Shown here: positions 38,292 through 48,327 of the stretch, piece by piece | Layout: each line of letters opens with the position of its first letter | How positions within the stretch are numbered: position 1 is the stretch's first letter | From: a virus | DNA: 64,000 bases | Direction: 5' to 3' (one strand) | IMG/VR virus record: IMGVR_UViG_3300031963_012969 | Notes under the pieces: generated by a model | Told to the model about the DNA's origin: nothing | Databases searched by the model: none | Seen by the model: only the letters and a program-made list of their open reading frames with translations | Position numbers and translations under genes: made by a program

Positions 38292-38654
38292 TTAAACTGG
38301 TTTTAGGATTTTAATCCACTCTGACACATACCATTTCTTGCCTTGCGCATCTGGCCTTTCAAATTCCTTGTAGTTACATATTTCTACACGAAACCATTTT
38401 CTGTTCTTTTCGGTTAGATGCGGAGCATTTGGCTCCATGCATGAATGCCAGCCACTCCTAAGCTTAAAACCATCGGTTGGCAAGCTTTTTGCTTTTATCC
38501 ATTCACCAACCGGTATACTCGTTTTTTTGCCTATGAAAAGAGGATATAGCCCTTTTTTAGATTTTTTAATTGATAATAATTTATAGGCTTTTTTAGTTTT
38601 TGATATTGGGATACCAAGATCTTTTTTTTTATCTACCATATAATTAAAATTCAA
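38292..38654 (-). CDS. Hypothetical phage protein
   Basis: 120-aa ORF (LYPLFI...RSGWH...APHL). Confidence 0.75.
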   Translation of the reverse strand: MNFNYMVDKKKDLGIPISKTKKAYKLLSIKKSKKGLYPLFIGKKTSIPVGEWIKAKSLPTDGFKLRSGWHSCMEPNAPHLTEKNRKWFRVEICNYKEFERPDAQGKKWYVSEWIKILKPV

Positions 38655-40437
38655 TGGTTTGTTTAAAGTAAGGCATCAATGATCTCTCGTGTGTCACAAT
38701 CATCGTTTGAAGATTGTTCGTGTCCGACAGTTCCGATACACTTTCGATTATATTTTTGAAGTTTAGAATAGTTTCTCTATCTAGCCATGTAGTTGGCTCG
38801 TCAAGTACTATTAGGTTTACTCCGGTTGTAAATATTTCTCGGGCTGCAAACCTAAAAGCAAGAGATAGAACAACTTTTTGGCCACAAGATAAATCACTTG
38901 ATGGTCTAACTTTGTTCCCAAAGTCGCACACGAATTCATTGTCTTGTCCTAGTTTTACATTATAAATTGCTCCAAATCTATTAAGATACTCATTTATTGA
39001 TTGAGACATTTTGTTCATCTGGTGATTTATATAAACCCCACTTAATCCATCGTGCCTAAATATGTCTCTTATTCTAGAGATCCTTGAATGATGCACCTTT
39101 GTACCAGAATATAAAAGCTTACTGTTGTTAGCTTTTTTTAAGTCTGATAAATGCGTGTCTAGCTGTATTTGCAACTTTTTATTTGTAGATTCAATTAAAG
39201 CTATATCTGACTCAAGCTTATGAATACTTGACGTAACATTATTATAGAAGCTTATTCCATCTTGGTATTTACTTGGAGGATGAGCTGGAAATAATTTGCT
39301 GTCAAATTCTTTTTTTTTGATGTCAAGTAACTCTTTGCTATTAGAGATACTTTTAAGTATCTGTTTTTTCTCTACTTCATAAGTGGATATCACATGATCA
39401 ATCTGTCTTAATTGTTTCTTGTATTCATTAGATTTAAAAACATTTTTATCTATATCCTGTCTAAGCTTTGCTTCTCTAGACCTAAAATTGTCTAAGTTTT
39501 CCGAACCTACAGAAGAGTTGCATAAAGGGCATTCCGTCATTGAACCACTTTTGTGCCCTAGGAACACCTGCAGTATTTCTAATTCATTTTTTTGAGCGCC
39601 AATAATTAAATCAATATTTTCAGATATATCTTTTAATTTTTGCATTTTTTCTAGATCAACAGAGGGCTCAACCAATAGACTGAGTTCTTTTTCTGACGCT
39701 GCCAATTGGTCAATTACTCTAGATATTTCTTCAGATAGCCTATTTTTACTGAGAGAATCAGAATAATTTTTAGTTATTTTATTGAGATCTATTCCATCTA
39801 TAGATTCTCTCAATCCCTCTATCTCAGAAAGCTTTGACTGTATCGAACTTTCGTTCTCTTCAATCATTGATCTTATGCTTGATATGGCATTCTTAGCTTG
39901 ATCCTCATCTATAAGCACTGGATACGATATATTTCTGTGCCATGACGTAAGTGCGTCATCCAATTCCTCAAGTTTTTGCAGACCGAAAAATTTTCTAAGG
40001 GTTTTATTTCTTTCGGCAGCACTACCGAATAAAACCCCTAGAATGTCTGTCTGACTAACAAAAACCATATTAGACAAGAAAGATTTTTCGCAGCCAAGCA
40101 GTTCCAGTATTTTTTCATTTACTGAGTCCGCTCCATCAATTTCTTCATTTCCGTATTTTAAGGTACATTGATTGCTGTGAAGAGATCTACTTATAGAAAA
40201 AATATTTCCATTTATGTCGCCTTCTACGAATATATCTCCAGTCTTTTCTCCAAATGTAATGAGGTCTTTTTTCTTCTTTTTGCCAAACTCGCCAGTCATG
40301 GCTATTGAAATGGCATTTGCAAAATTACTTTTGCCTGATCCATTTTTCCCTACTACTCCTATTATATTTTCGTGAAATAAATGCTCTACTTTTTTGTGTT
40401 GAGCAAAATTATTCAGAATTACTCTTGATACTTTCAT
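38644..40437 (-). CDS. sbcC: SbcC/Rad50 (gp46-like) ATPase
   Basis: GKNGSGKS, Q-loop, CPLC zinc hook, LSCGQ signature, VLDEPT, VTH. Confidence 0.92.
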   Translation of the reverse strand: MKVSRVILNNFAQHKKVEHLFHENIIGVVGKNGSGKSNFANAISIAMTGEFGKKKKKDLITFGEKTGDIFVEGDINGNIFSISRSLHSNQCTLKYGNEEIDGADSVNEKILELLGCEKSFLSNMVFVSQTDILGVLFGSAAERNKTLRKFFGLQKLEELDDALTSWHRNISYPVLIDEDQAKNAISSIRSMIEENESSIQSKLSEIEGLRESIDGIDLNKITKNYSDSLSKNRLSEEISRVIDQLAASEKELSLLVEPSVDLEKMQKLKDISENIDLIIGAQKNELEILQVFLGHKSGSMTECPLCNSSVGSENLDNFRSREAKLRQDIDKNVFKSNEYKKQLRQIDHVISTYEVEKKQILKSISNSKELLDIKKKEFDSKLFPAHPPSKYQDGISFYNNVTSSIHKLESDIALIESTNKKLQIQLDTHLSDLKKANNSKLLYSGTKVHHSRISRIRDIFRHDGLSGVYINHQMNKMSQSINEYLNRFGAIYNVKLGQDNEFVCDFGNKVRPSSDLSCGQKVVLSLAFRFAAREIFTTGVNLIVLDEPTTWLDRETILNFKNIIESVSELSDTNNLQTMIVTHERSLMPYFKQTIEF

Positions 40438-41563
40438 CTAACTCTTTCTTTAAGTCACTCATTAATGTTTGTTTGACAAAATCTGGTGTAGAATTTGTCC
40501 ATATGTCTTCCACTATTTTAAAATCTCTTATTTCTAATGTTTTATCTTTTTTTGCTAGATTTAAGAACTGAGCGTCATCATCAAAACAGCTTGTTTCGTC
40601 AGTTTCAACTTTTTTTGACTCGTCTCTTTCTTTTTTGAATATGTTTTTGTGAAAGTAATAAACACTATTAGCAAGTGAGTCACTAGACTTAATCTTGTCT
40701 ATAACCGACACAACATCTGATGACTTTTCTGTATCATACCTAAATATATTAAAATCATCTGACCCAGTCATTTTTTGAATACAATCCGACCCTGAATCAA
40801 AATTCAAAATATTTGTTTTCTGGTAGGGTGTATATGGTATGGATTCAATTGACTCAAATAAAGATGTTTCAGAATTATATACAAGTGATATGTACCTAAA
40901 GTTATTAGACATGTCGCACAATCTCAAGAAATCTATATTTCCTGGATAACATACAGTGCAATCTCCAATTTTCATTTTTTTGTGAATATGTAGATCGCCA
41001 AGAGCCAAATACTTACATTTTTTAGACAAAGACATCATATCGTCTTCATCTAATTCTGGCCTCATAATAGAAGCTAGAAAATGCCCAGCTGACTGGTGCA
41101 TCATTATTATATCGAGTCCGTCTGGAATCCCGTCTATTTTGTTTTTTATTTCAGACTTTTTTGTATGGCTAAGCCATACAATCTTCAATGGAGATAGTTT
41201 TTCATCCACAAGATATTTAGATGTTGCTTCATCGAAGGTTGATTCCGATTTAAAACCTTCTTCATTTCCAAGGTCAACCCACTGATGTTGACCTATCACC
41301 TTGTCGTGATTACCAGAGCAAGATATAACCCTGCAATTTGTATCTCCCCAAATCCTACACATATCTATCCAGCATTTTACGTCATCTGGGGATGGCTCAA
41401 CAGAGTCAAACACATCCCCAGCAACGATAACTAGATTATGATTTAATGAAATTTCTTTGGCTATTTTTAAGTTATTTTTGTAAGTATTTAATCTTCTTTT
41501 TGTTATTCCATATTGATAGCTTCCTATATGTAGATCCGCTAAATGCGCAATTTTAATTTTCAT
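40409..41563 (-). CDS. sbcD: SbcD/Mre11 (gp47-like) nuclease
   Basis: ADLHIG, AGDVFD, GNHD, MHQ, ALGDLH, YPG. Confidence 0.92.
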   Translation of the reverse strand: MKIKIAHLADLHIGSYQYGITKRRLNTYKNNLKIAKEISLNHNLVIVAGDVFDSVEPSPDDVKCWIDMCRIWGDTNCRVISCSGNHDKVIGQHQWVDLGNEEGFKSESTFDEATSKYLVDEKLSPLKIVWLSHTKKSEIKNKIDGIPDGLDIIMMHQSAGHFLASIMRPELDEDDMMSLSKKCKYLALGDLHIHKKMKIGDCTVCYPGNIDFLRLCDMSNNFRYISLVYNSETSLFESIESIPYTPYQKTNILNFDSGSDCIQKMTGSDDFNIFRYDTEKSSDVVSVIDKIKSSDSLANSVYYFHKNIFKKERDESKKVETDETSCFDDDAQFLNLAKKDKTLEIRDFKIVEDIWTNSTPDFVKQTLMSDLKKELDESIKSNSE

Positions 41564-41591
41564 TATATTTTTAACTTATTTATTAATAGGT

Positions 41592-42137
41592 TTAAGAGTT
41601 ATCTCCAGGCTCTCCTTCATCCCCTCTTGAACCTGTTACCCCTATATACCCTTCATCGCTTAACAGGCCTGGAAAAAATGTATCAGGCAAGTCATTATCC
41701 TCATTAATTGTTTTTGTTACCATGGGGGCGGAAACAGCGTCAACTCTAAATACCTGATCAGAATTGCAGTCCATATCGATTACTCTAACATTTACTGGTT
41801 CTGTTTCGCCGTCTGTCCTATGTATTGCAGATATGCATCCATTTGTTACATGAATAGTTAAAAATGTTTTTTCGCCATTTAATATAGATGAATTAGCAGA
41901 TATTATTTTTGACTTAGGCAAATCAAGTATTTTGCCTGGTATAAAATCTTTGCTAGAGTAGTCCATCGATACTACTTCAATTATTTGTCCAACGAATTTA
42001 TCTGGTGATTCACATTTTCTATTCAGTACACGTACCGAACAGCAAATGTTTCTTCCTGGCTGATTTTTAGGCAACTGCAACAACAGATTGTCTCCAGGAT
42101 TTATGAGTATTTCATTTTTTCTATTTTTTTTTGACAT
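41592..42137 (-). CDS. Hypothetical protein immediately downstream of the RT
   Basis: 181-aa ORF, 14 nt from the RT stop. Confidence 0.7.
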   Translation of the reverse strand: MSKKNRKNEILINPGDNLLLQLPKNQPGRNICCSVRVLNRKCESPDKFVGQIIEVVSMDYSSKDFIPGKILDLPKSKIISANSSILNGEKTFLTIHVTNGCISAIHRTDGETEPVNVRVIDMDCNSDQVFRVDAVSAPMVTKTINEDNDLPDTFFPGLLSDEGYIGVTGSRGDEGEPGDNS

Positions 42138-42151
42138 TAATATTTCATTTT

Positions 42152-43795
42152 TTAATCCGCCAAGATTTTCCTTCTATTAGAAATTGGAGGATTAATCGTT
42201 AACAATAAGCTAGACAATTTGTCTGCCTTGTGAGGCATTGCAGATGCAATAAAGTTTATTTTACCTTTTACTTTAGAGCATTCTGACAAGAACCTTAATT
42301 CATTTTGAATTATTCCATTTTTTATTCCGTCTTTCAGTTTTAATATTTCTGTCCTTACTGCTTCTACATATGCAGGAGCAATAGTTGGTTTACCACTGTT
42401 CATTACGTAGCCAAGGATCTCCATTCTACCTCCAGTACCAATTACTTTGCTTTTCTTTTTATTTAATTCAAAACCATTTGTGGATAAAATTTTGCCAACT
42501 TTATACATAAAAATGTTTATGAACTTTTTACCGTGCCTAGTGGGCCAGGTAAAAGAAAGATCATCGGCATACCTAGAGTAAACAGCTCCCTTTTCTTCAG
42601 ATAGTCTAGTTAGTCGATAATCCAATAATTTAAAGGCTATATTAGTTATTACTGGACTTGCTGGAGAGCCTTGAGGCAAGAAATGATCATCAAACTTTAT
42701 TAAAGGACCTATATTAAATAATTCCTTTATTATATTAAGTACTCTCTCCTTATTTGCCCACTTATTCTCAAATGCATTGTTCACGCATCTTTCAACAAAG
42801 CTTGATATAAACAATTTTAATATTTCATTATCTGTTTTTATTGCCTCTACTATGTTTGATTGATTTAACATGCCGTGTATCGGGAACAAAACACAAAAAT
42901 TTTCCAATGTGTCTGTTTGGCTACCTGCAGGCATGCCTGTAGGCAACCTTGGCCTACCGTTCGAAAATACCTGATTTTGACGATCCACAGATACATAGCT
43001 AGATCTAGGATACAAATAAGAGTTTGTTTCCTTTGGTTCTATAAGTCTTTCAATTAAAGTTTTCCTTAAATTCTTGAAATTTATTACAGAGCAACACATT
43101 AAGCTTATTAATTTTGATATATTTTTTTTGTTTAGTTTTATGCTGCATATATCTACTATGTTGGATACATCTTCTTCTACAATTCCGTGAGCCAATAATG
43201 AATCTTTTATTTGATCTTCTGTAAAACTTCCAAAAAAGTTTTTGACGTCAACATTGATTAGTAGCTCAGGTTTTTCATTCTTGAATAAATGAAAGTTCAC
43301 TGAGTCTAATGCAGATTTGTTTTTAGCAAAACCGAACGCATTCTCATGTGGTTTAAACCTATTTAGCTGATCACCTATTTCAGATTGAATTTGCTTCAAT
43401 TCATCCTTGGGCGCAAGTATTACTCGGTGGTCTTCTTTTCTTGGAATTACGCATTCCTCTAAAAAGTTGGTCAATTCTGAGAAATACCTTAGGTGCTCAG
43501 CAGAGTTTTTTTCGTACCCATAAAAAGATTCTTTTAATGCTTTAAAAAATTTTTTTGAGTAGTTTGATGAATTAAATTCATTAATTATTTCGCGTCGTGT
43601 ATCTTGAGATAAACAATTAGTGAACTTTGCTAACCTATGTATAAACTTATTTGAACTGTTCCCGTTAATGTCTAAGAAGCTTGAGCAAAATTTTTTATCA
43701 ATGCATATATTCCTTTTTTTACTGTTACTTGCGTTCTTTTTGGGGATCAAAAAAACTTTGTATTGTATGTCTTTTGTTTTACTCGATGTCGTCAT
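42152..43795 (-). CDS. Retron-type reverse transcriptase with large insertions
   Basis: IPKK...RVILAP..ELK.IQ, HENAFGF, SVNFH (region X-like), DVKNFF, LPQGSPASP, YSRYADDL, GFELN.KK, ILGYVMN (region Y-like). Confidence 0.9.
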   Translation of the reverse strand: MTTSSKTKDIQYKVFLIPKKNASNSKKRNICIDKKFCSSFLDINGNSSNKFIHRLAKFTNCLSQDTRREIINEFNSSNYSKKFFKALKESFYGYEKNSAEHLRYFSELTNFLEECVIPRKEDHRVILAPKDELKQIQSEIGDQLNRFKPHENAFGFAKNKSALDSVNFHLFKNEKPELLINVDVKNFFGSFTEDQIKDSLLAHGIVEEDVSNIVDICSIKLNKKNISKLISLMCCSVINFKNLRKTLIERLIEPKETNSYLYPRSSYVSVDRQNQVFSNGRPRLPTGMPAGSQTDTLENFCVLFPIHGMLNQSNIVEAIKTDNEILKLFISSFVERCVNNAFENKWANKERVLNIIKELFNIGPLIKFDDHFLPQGSPASPVITNIAFKLLDYRLTRLSEEKGAVYSRYADDLSFTWPTRHGKKFINIFMYKVGKILSTNGFELNKKKSKVIGTGGRMEILGYVMNSGKPTIAPAYVEAVRTEILKLKDGIKNGIIQNELRFLSECSKVKGKINFIASAMPHKADKLSSLLLTINPPISNRRKILAD

Positions 43796-44840
43796 TAGAA
43801 ATGTAAATATTTCTTTTTATAGAAGATATACCAACTTCTGAATCGCTATCATCAGTTTCCGAATCTTCTATTGCTTTTCTTATAACTGTCATGCGCTCAG
43901 GGTTTTCCTGAATTTCTTCGACTTCTTTTTTTAGTCCATCAACTATTCTAGTAAGACTTGTCTCTAGGTCTAAGGCATCAGAGTCATTTTTATTCCAATT
44001 TGACACACGAGAAACCGCCTCACAGGCATTATTGATAGTTTTTTCAACATCTGGATCATTAAATAAATTTATTTGTTTGAGCTCATTAAGCCTTTTTGTG
44101 AAATTTGTTATAGAATGTATCCTTATGTTCTGCCCCCTAGAATTTTTCCTGCCGTTCTGTATAACGGAAACTACATCTTGAGTTGCTTTTACAATATGTT
44201 CTCTTATTTGCATGCCAGCCTGATAAACAAGTTGAGCAGCTTTTTCAGCTAGGTCGTTTTTAGCATCCATAGCTATTTCGGTTATCTCTGTTTGTGCCCA
44301 AGAATAAATAGTCCAAGAATAATTAAATTTTCTGACTATTTGATTTGCTGATGGGTAAAATTGATCCATATAGCCAGAGTATTCTGGATATTTCTCATTA
44401 AATTTATTTATCTGGCTATCCTTTAAGATAGGATACTCGTCTTTGAAGCTTTCTACGTCTTTATTGAATCTTTCTTTTTCTGCTTCTAGAAAGTTTTTTA
44501 GGTTTGGGTAAAAATCCCTAGGGACAAATCTAGATCCTTTTAGTCCAGGTACCCTGTAGCATGACCTATCAAGTATTTGAGACAGTCTCGTCCTATACAC
44601 AGAAAATTTAGCCATTGTTTTTCCTGGAATTAAATACTTGAAGCCAGGGGTATAAATTGTATTATCTATATCAACTCCAAGAACTTGTTGATCTTCTTCT
44701 GTTTGGGTTAACTTAGCTTCCCATTTACTAATTGTAACATTAATTAAAACGCCGTGTTTGAAAATGTCGGAAGACAGTTTTTGTGCCCAAGATATTTCGT
44801 TATTAGATTCTTTTATTTGTTCTTTTGTTATTTCACTCAT
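43779..44840 (-). CDS. DUF3150-like protein
   Basis: GVLINVTISKW...G.KYLIP...RFVP pattern; found with the AAA/DUF1257/DUF2997 cluster. Confidence 0.55.
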   Translation of the reverse strand: MSEITKEQIKESNNEISWAQKLSSDIFKHGVLINVTISKWEAKLTQTEEDQQVLGVDIDNTIYTPGFKYLIPGKTMAKFSVYRTRLSQILDRSCYRVPGLKGSRFVPRDFYPNLKNFLEAEKERFNKDVESFKDEYPILKDSQINKFNEKYPEYSGYMDQFYPSANQIVRKFNYSWTIYSWAQTEITEIAMDAKNDLAEKAAQLVYQAGMQIREHIVKATQDVVSVIQNGRKNSRGQNIRIHSITNFTKRLNELKQINLFNDPDVEKTINNACEAVSRVSNWNKNDSDALDLETSLTRIVDGLKKEVEEIQENPERMTVIRKAIEDSETDDSDSEVGISSIKRNIYISNDDIE

Positions 44841-44843
44841 AAT

Positions 44844-44879
44844 AAAAAAAGCGGGATAGTATCATAGATACTATCCCGC
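44844..44879 (-). terminator. Rho-independent terminator
   Basis: GCGGGATAGTATC-ata-GATACTATCCCGC with a U-run on the minus strand. Confidence 0.8.
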
Positions 44880-44897
44880 AATTAAATTGTTTATATT

Positions 44898-45404
44898 TTA
44901 GCTAACCTTGCACGGAAGTTTAAGTCTTCCCATAAAATTCATAACCTCATTAATTATCCTACTTACTTCTTTATCAATTTCATCTTTTTTAACATTATTT
45001 AATGAACTAGATTGATTGGTATCACTTTTACCAGCATTAATATTGTTTTCTTTATTTTCTTTGCAGGGGTTAAATACGAAATTTTCGGTAGAATATTTAT
45101 GTTCACCCACAGTCTTGTCGGGAGAGTCATTTATCATTTTGCTGAACTTTGACTCTATTATATGCTTTTTTCTGTAGCAGGTATTTGATCTTTTTATGCC
45201 CCTAAGTTTATCGTGATTAGATAAAGTATTAGCCATTTCAGATATTTCCCTGTTTTTAGTAATTCCATATGAAGCTAAATAATCAACTATGTTGCACAGT
45301 AATACATATTTTTGATCTTTATTTAGATTTATTTCTGGCGGCTGTACAACCAGAATGTTTGACTTTTTTATTAGATTTATTTTTTTTTGTTTTTTTGTCT
45401 TCAT
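44898..45404 (-). CDS. Hypothetical protein
   Basis: 168-aa ORF. Confidence 0.65.
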   Translation of the reverse strand: MKTKKQKKINLIKKSNILVVQPPEINLNKDQKYVLLCNIVDYLASYGITKNREISEMANTLSNHDKLRGIKRSNTCYRKKHIIESKFSKMINDSPDKTVGEHKYSTENFVFNPCKENKENNINAGKSDTNQSSSLNNVKKDEIDKEVSRIINEVMNFMGRLKLPCKVS

Positions 45405-45705
45405 TTTTTTTTATTTTACTAGGCTGTATTTCTATTCCGTTAAACAGCATTTTACTTGCTGCCCTAACTTCATCAGCCAGAACTTTGTTTCTTAATTTGT
45501 GTGTTGATATGATTTCTCCCGTAGAAATCAATCTTGCTACCCATTTCTGGGTAGCATTATCGAACTCTACATCAGTTATCCTTTCAACCTTAAGATTATT
45601 GGAATCATTGATCCCAAAGAATTCATCGTAATATATACTTTTTACTGATCCATCGTCTAAGAAATTTATAGAAATATAATTAACTTTCTTTTTCTTAGAT
45701 GGCAT
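45319..45705 (-). CDS. Hypothetical protein of the AAA/DUF1257 cluster
   Basis: I.F..DGSV..IY...RITDVEFD....W pattern. Confidence 0.65.
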   Translation of the reverse strand: MPSKKKKVNYISINFLDDGSVKSIYYDEFFGINDSNNLKVERITDVEFDNATQKWVARLISTGEIISTHKLRNKVLADEVRAASKMLFNGIEIQPSKIKKNEDKKTKKNKSNKKVKHSGCTAARNKSK

Positions 45706-45706
45706 A

Positions 45707-45907
45707 TTATTGATTTACTTTTACTGCTTGAGATGCACAGCTTGCGCCCTGATATAGTTCAGGCTTGTCTGCATAATCGAGCTTATTTGAATAAAGATTT
45801 TCAAATATTTTTGTAGCATCTTTGCATGATCCGCCAGTAAACCCCTGTGCATCAATTTTAGCTTCCCCTTCTGGGGTTATCGTGATTTTAACTATTTTAT
45901 CGCTCAT
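45707..45907 (-). CDS. DUF2997-like protein
   Basis: ITITPEGEAKIDAQGFTGGSCKDATK.FE. Confidence 0.75.
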   Translation of the reverse strand: MSDKIVKITITPEGEAKIDAQGFTGGSCKDATKIFENLYSNKLDYADKPELYQGASCASQAVKVNQ

Positions 45908-46293
45908 TACATTCTGACCTTCAGTTCAATGTTTCCGTTTGCTGGATTAATTTTTTCTCCAATTACTTGATAGCCCTTGAGTTTAGCTGTCTTTTTGTGC
46001 TGCTCTATTTGATATGCTTGACTAAGTTTACCTGCCTTTGGTCCAACAATTTCTTTGAGCCTGGAGTCATATAGGTCGGCTTGTATTTCGTATCCGTTAC
46101 CCTTTTTTATTACAGCTATTTCATATGTGCTTTTGTCGCTAGAAATTACGGCATCACATTTCATGTTTTGACCAGCATAATATTTAGCGCTTTTCTTATT
46201 TAGATCTAATTTAAGCCCAAGTCTATTGCAGGCCTTTTTAAGTACCTCCAAGTCTTTGATTTCGGGCATCGACATAACAACCATGTGTGACAT
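45907..46293 (-). CDS. DUF1257-like protein
   Basis: MSH......IKDLEVLKKAC.RLG...Y.I.AD...L.QAY. Confidence 0.75.
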   Translation of the reverse strand: MSHMVVMSMPEIKDLEVLKKACNRLGLKLDLNKKSAKYYAGQNMKCDAVISSDKSTYEIAVIKKGNGYEIQADLYDSRLKEIVGPKAGKLSQAYQIEQHKKTAKLKGYQVIGEKINPANGNIELKVRM

Positions 46294-46294
46294 A

Positions 46295-46498
46295 TTATAT
46301 TATCTCCTCTAATTCTTTTTTGATTTGTTCTTCTGTTTTGATATAGTATTTACCGTTTGTTTTTTCGCCAGCTATTCCCTCTGCTACTAGATATTTACAA
46401 TAGTTTTCTATCCAATTTTCAAGGTCTTCTTGGCTTGTTATTTTATAGTACTCAAGATCCGTCATTAACAGCTTCTTGTTTTTAGATGTCATCTTCAT
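46295..46498 (-). CDS. Small hypothetical protein
   Basis: 67-aa ORF. Confidence 0.55.
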   Translation of the reverse strand: MKMTSKNKKLLMTDLEYYKITSQEDLENWIENYCKYLVAEGIAGEKTNGKYYIKTEEQIKKELEEII

Positions 46499-48257
46499 TT
46501 AATTCAATTTTTCTTTGTTCTGTACTTGCTCCAACTCCAGACATTCTATTGAATGTGGCCGTGTTAATGCCCATTATTTTATTTGTCGTGGGTTCATCAT
46601 CTTCTTTGTTAGCCATTAAAACTTTATGACTCTTTGCCCAGTCTAGAAGGTTCTTGGATTCTTCTGGATTTAGCTCTGCCATAATCTTGACATCATTTAT
46701 TGACTCCATAAGAAGGTCTGTAGTAATTGGATTGTCTTTGCCGAATCCAGTTCTTTTTACTTTTTTAATTAATCCCTCTATTACAATTTGCTCAATTTCG
46801 GAGCCGGTTCTATTTGGAGTATTTAATGATAATTTATCAATATCTATATTATATTCAGATGGTTCCCAGCCTCTTTTTCTTAGATGAATTGAAAAAATTT
46901 CTTTTCTCTGTTTCACTCCTGGTAGCCCAACATACATGACCTCATCAAACCTTCCCTTGCGTAAAGCAGGGGCCGGAATATTAGTAATACTATTTGTGGT
47001 TGCAACAACAAAGACATCGGATTTTCTTGATTGCGTCCAGGTTAACCATGTACCATACATGCGCTGGAAAGTTCCACCATCCAGATTTCCTCCACCACCC
47101 GCTCCTGCAAATAGTTTCTCAAATTCGTCTACAAATAATATACATGGAGCTTGAGCTTCTGCGTCGGTGAGTGCTTTTATGAGCCTGCTTTCGGACTCAC
47201 CCAATAGACTCCCCATACACGCACCTATATCAAGCCTAAGAACAGATCTGTCCCACTCTACCCCCAGTGCCTGTGCGACCCAGCTTTTGCCTGTACCACC
47301 TGGGCCTACAACGCATAAACCTTTTGGAAGATCTATTCCGTCTTCTCTGGCTTCATGGTTAAAAATCAATGTCCTGTCTTTAGCCCATTGTTTTAGATTC
47401 TCCATGCCCCCAACCTGATCCATCCCCCAATCACTTTCAATGATTTTGAGCACACCAGATTTAGAGAATAGTCTAGACTTCTCCTTCTTTATTACATCTG
47501 TTTTAAAATTGCGATGCTGTGTTTTGTTTTGCCTATATTCAATTGAATTAGCTCTATTGGCTAGAGACAAGACATTTTCAGCCTGCCACTGAGTCAAACC
47601 CGTAAGAGATTGTGCAATATTAATTGTTTCATCTTCACTTAAGCAAATAGAGGGAATTCCCGCTATAGACATAGAGTTTTGACTGCTTCTGACAAGAGAC
47701 TTCATCCTTCCCACATCAGGCAATTTATGCTCAACATATGTTACAATGTTTTCAAGCTCAATTGGTATATCTTTATGGTGGTTTACTATTACAATGCCTT
47801 TGTTTTGCATTAATAGTTTTGGCAAAGCATTTTTAATTTTTCTGGTTAGGTAAGCATTAGTGTGTTTAGTTTTATTTGCGTCAGTCATGTAAAACGCTAC
47901 ATCAAACATTATCATTAATGACTTTTCTGGAAAAAATTTATCCTTTGTAATGCTCCATACATTTGTTCCATCAATTTCGCATGACTCATATTGTGTGTCG
48001 GGGATCGCACTAAATATATCAATTGCGTAAGCTGCTCCACCCTGATCGGATGTATCTATTATTTGTGGATCTACTTGATTTTCGCTTCTTTCTATATCTC
48101 GAACCGTATCAGATGCATCATATATATATAGCCTATTGATCGTCTTTTTGCCTAGCAAGGCGCTAGACTCATCACTTAGAAACCTATCTTCTTCCTGTGT
48201 ATATACCCATATCAATGGAATATTAGAGGAAACAAAATCTTTAATAATTGAACTCAT
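46482..48257 (-). CDS. AAA+ ATPase (Ycf46-like)
   Basis: VGGMENLKQW, PKGL.VVGPGGTGKS, LFVDEFEK, ATTN, LRKGRFDE, TGSEIEQ. Confidence 0.9.
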   Translation of the reverse strand: MSSIIKDFVSSNIPLIWVYTQEEDRFLSDESSALLGKKTINRLYIYDASDTVRDIERSENQVDPQIIDTSDQGGAAYAIDIFSAIPDTQYESCEIDGTNVWSITKDKFFPEKSLMIMFDVAFYMTDANKTKHTNAYLTRKIKNALPKLLMQNKGIVIVNHHKDIPIELENIVTYVEHKLPDVGRMKSLVRSSQNSMSIAGIPSICLSEDETINIAQSLTGLTQWQAENVLSLANRANSIEYRQNKTQHRNFKTDVIKKEKSRLFSKSGVLKIIESDWGMDQVGGMENLKQWAKDRTLIFNHEAREDGIDLPKGLCVVGPGGTGKSWVAQALGVEWDRSVLRLDIGACMGSLLGESESRLIKALTDAEAQAPCILFVDEFEKLFAGAGGGGNLDGGTFQRMYGTWLTWTQSRKSDVFVVATTNSITNIPAPALRKGRFDEVMYVGLPGVKQRKEIFSIHLRKRGWEPSEYNIDIDKLSLNTPNRTGSEIEQIVIEGLIKKVKRTGFGKDNPITTDLLMESINDVKIMAELNPEESKNLLDWAKSHKVLMANKEDDEPTTNKIMGINTATFNRMSGVGASTEQRKIELNEDDI

Positions 48258-48279
48258 TTTTTTACTTTTTTACTAAAAT

Positions 48280-48306
48280 AAAAAGGGCACACAATGTGTG
48301 CCCTTT
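48280..48306 (-). terminator. Terminator-like hairpin
   Basis: AAAGGGCACAC-aat-GTGTGCCCTTT. Confidence 0.7.
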
Positions 48307-48327
48307 ATTTTTAAATTGTTTATTTTT

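Noticed and set aside
42152-43795. DGR or group II intron RT
   Set aside because: No TR/VR pair or Avd-like gene seen, no maturase/endonuclease domain or intron domain V, and motifs (LPQG.P.SP, regions X/Y) are retron-like.
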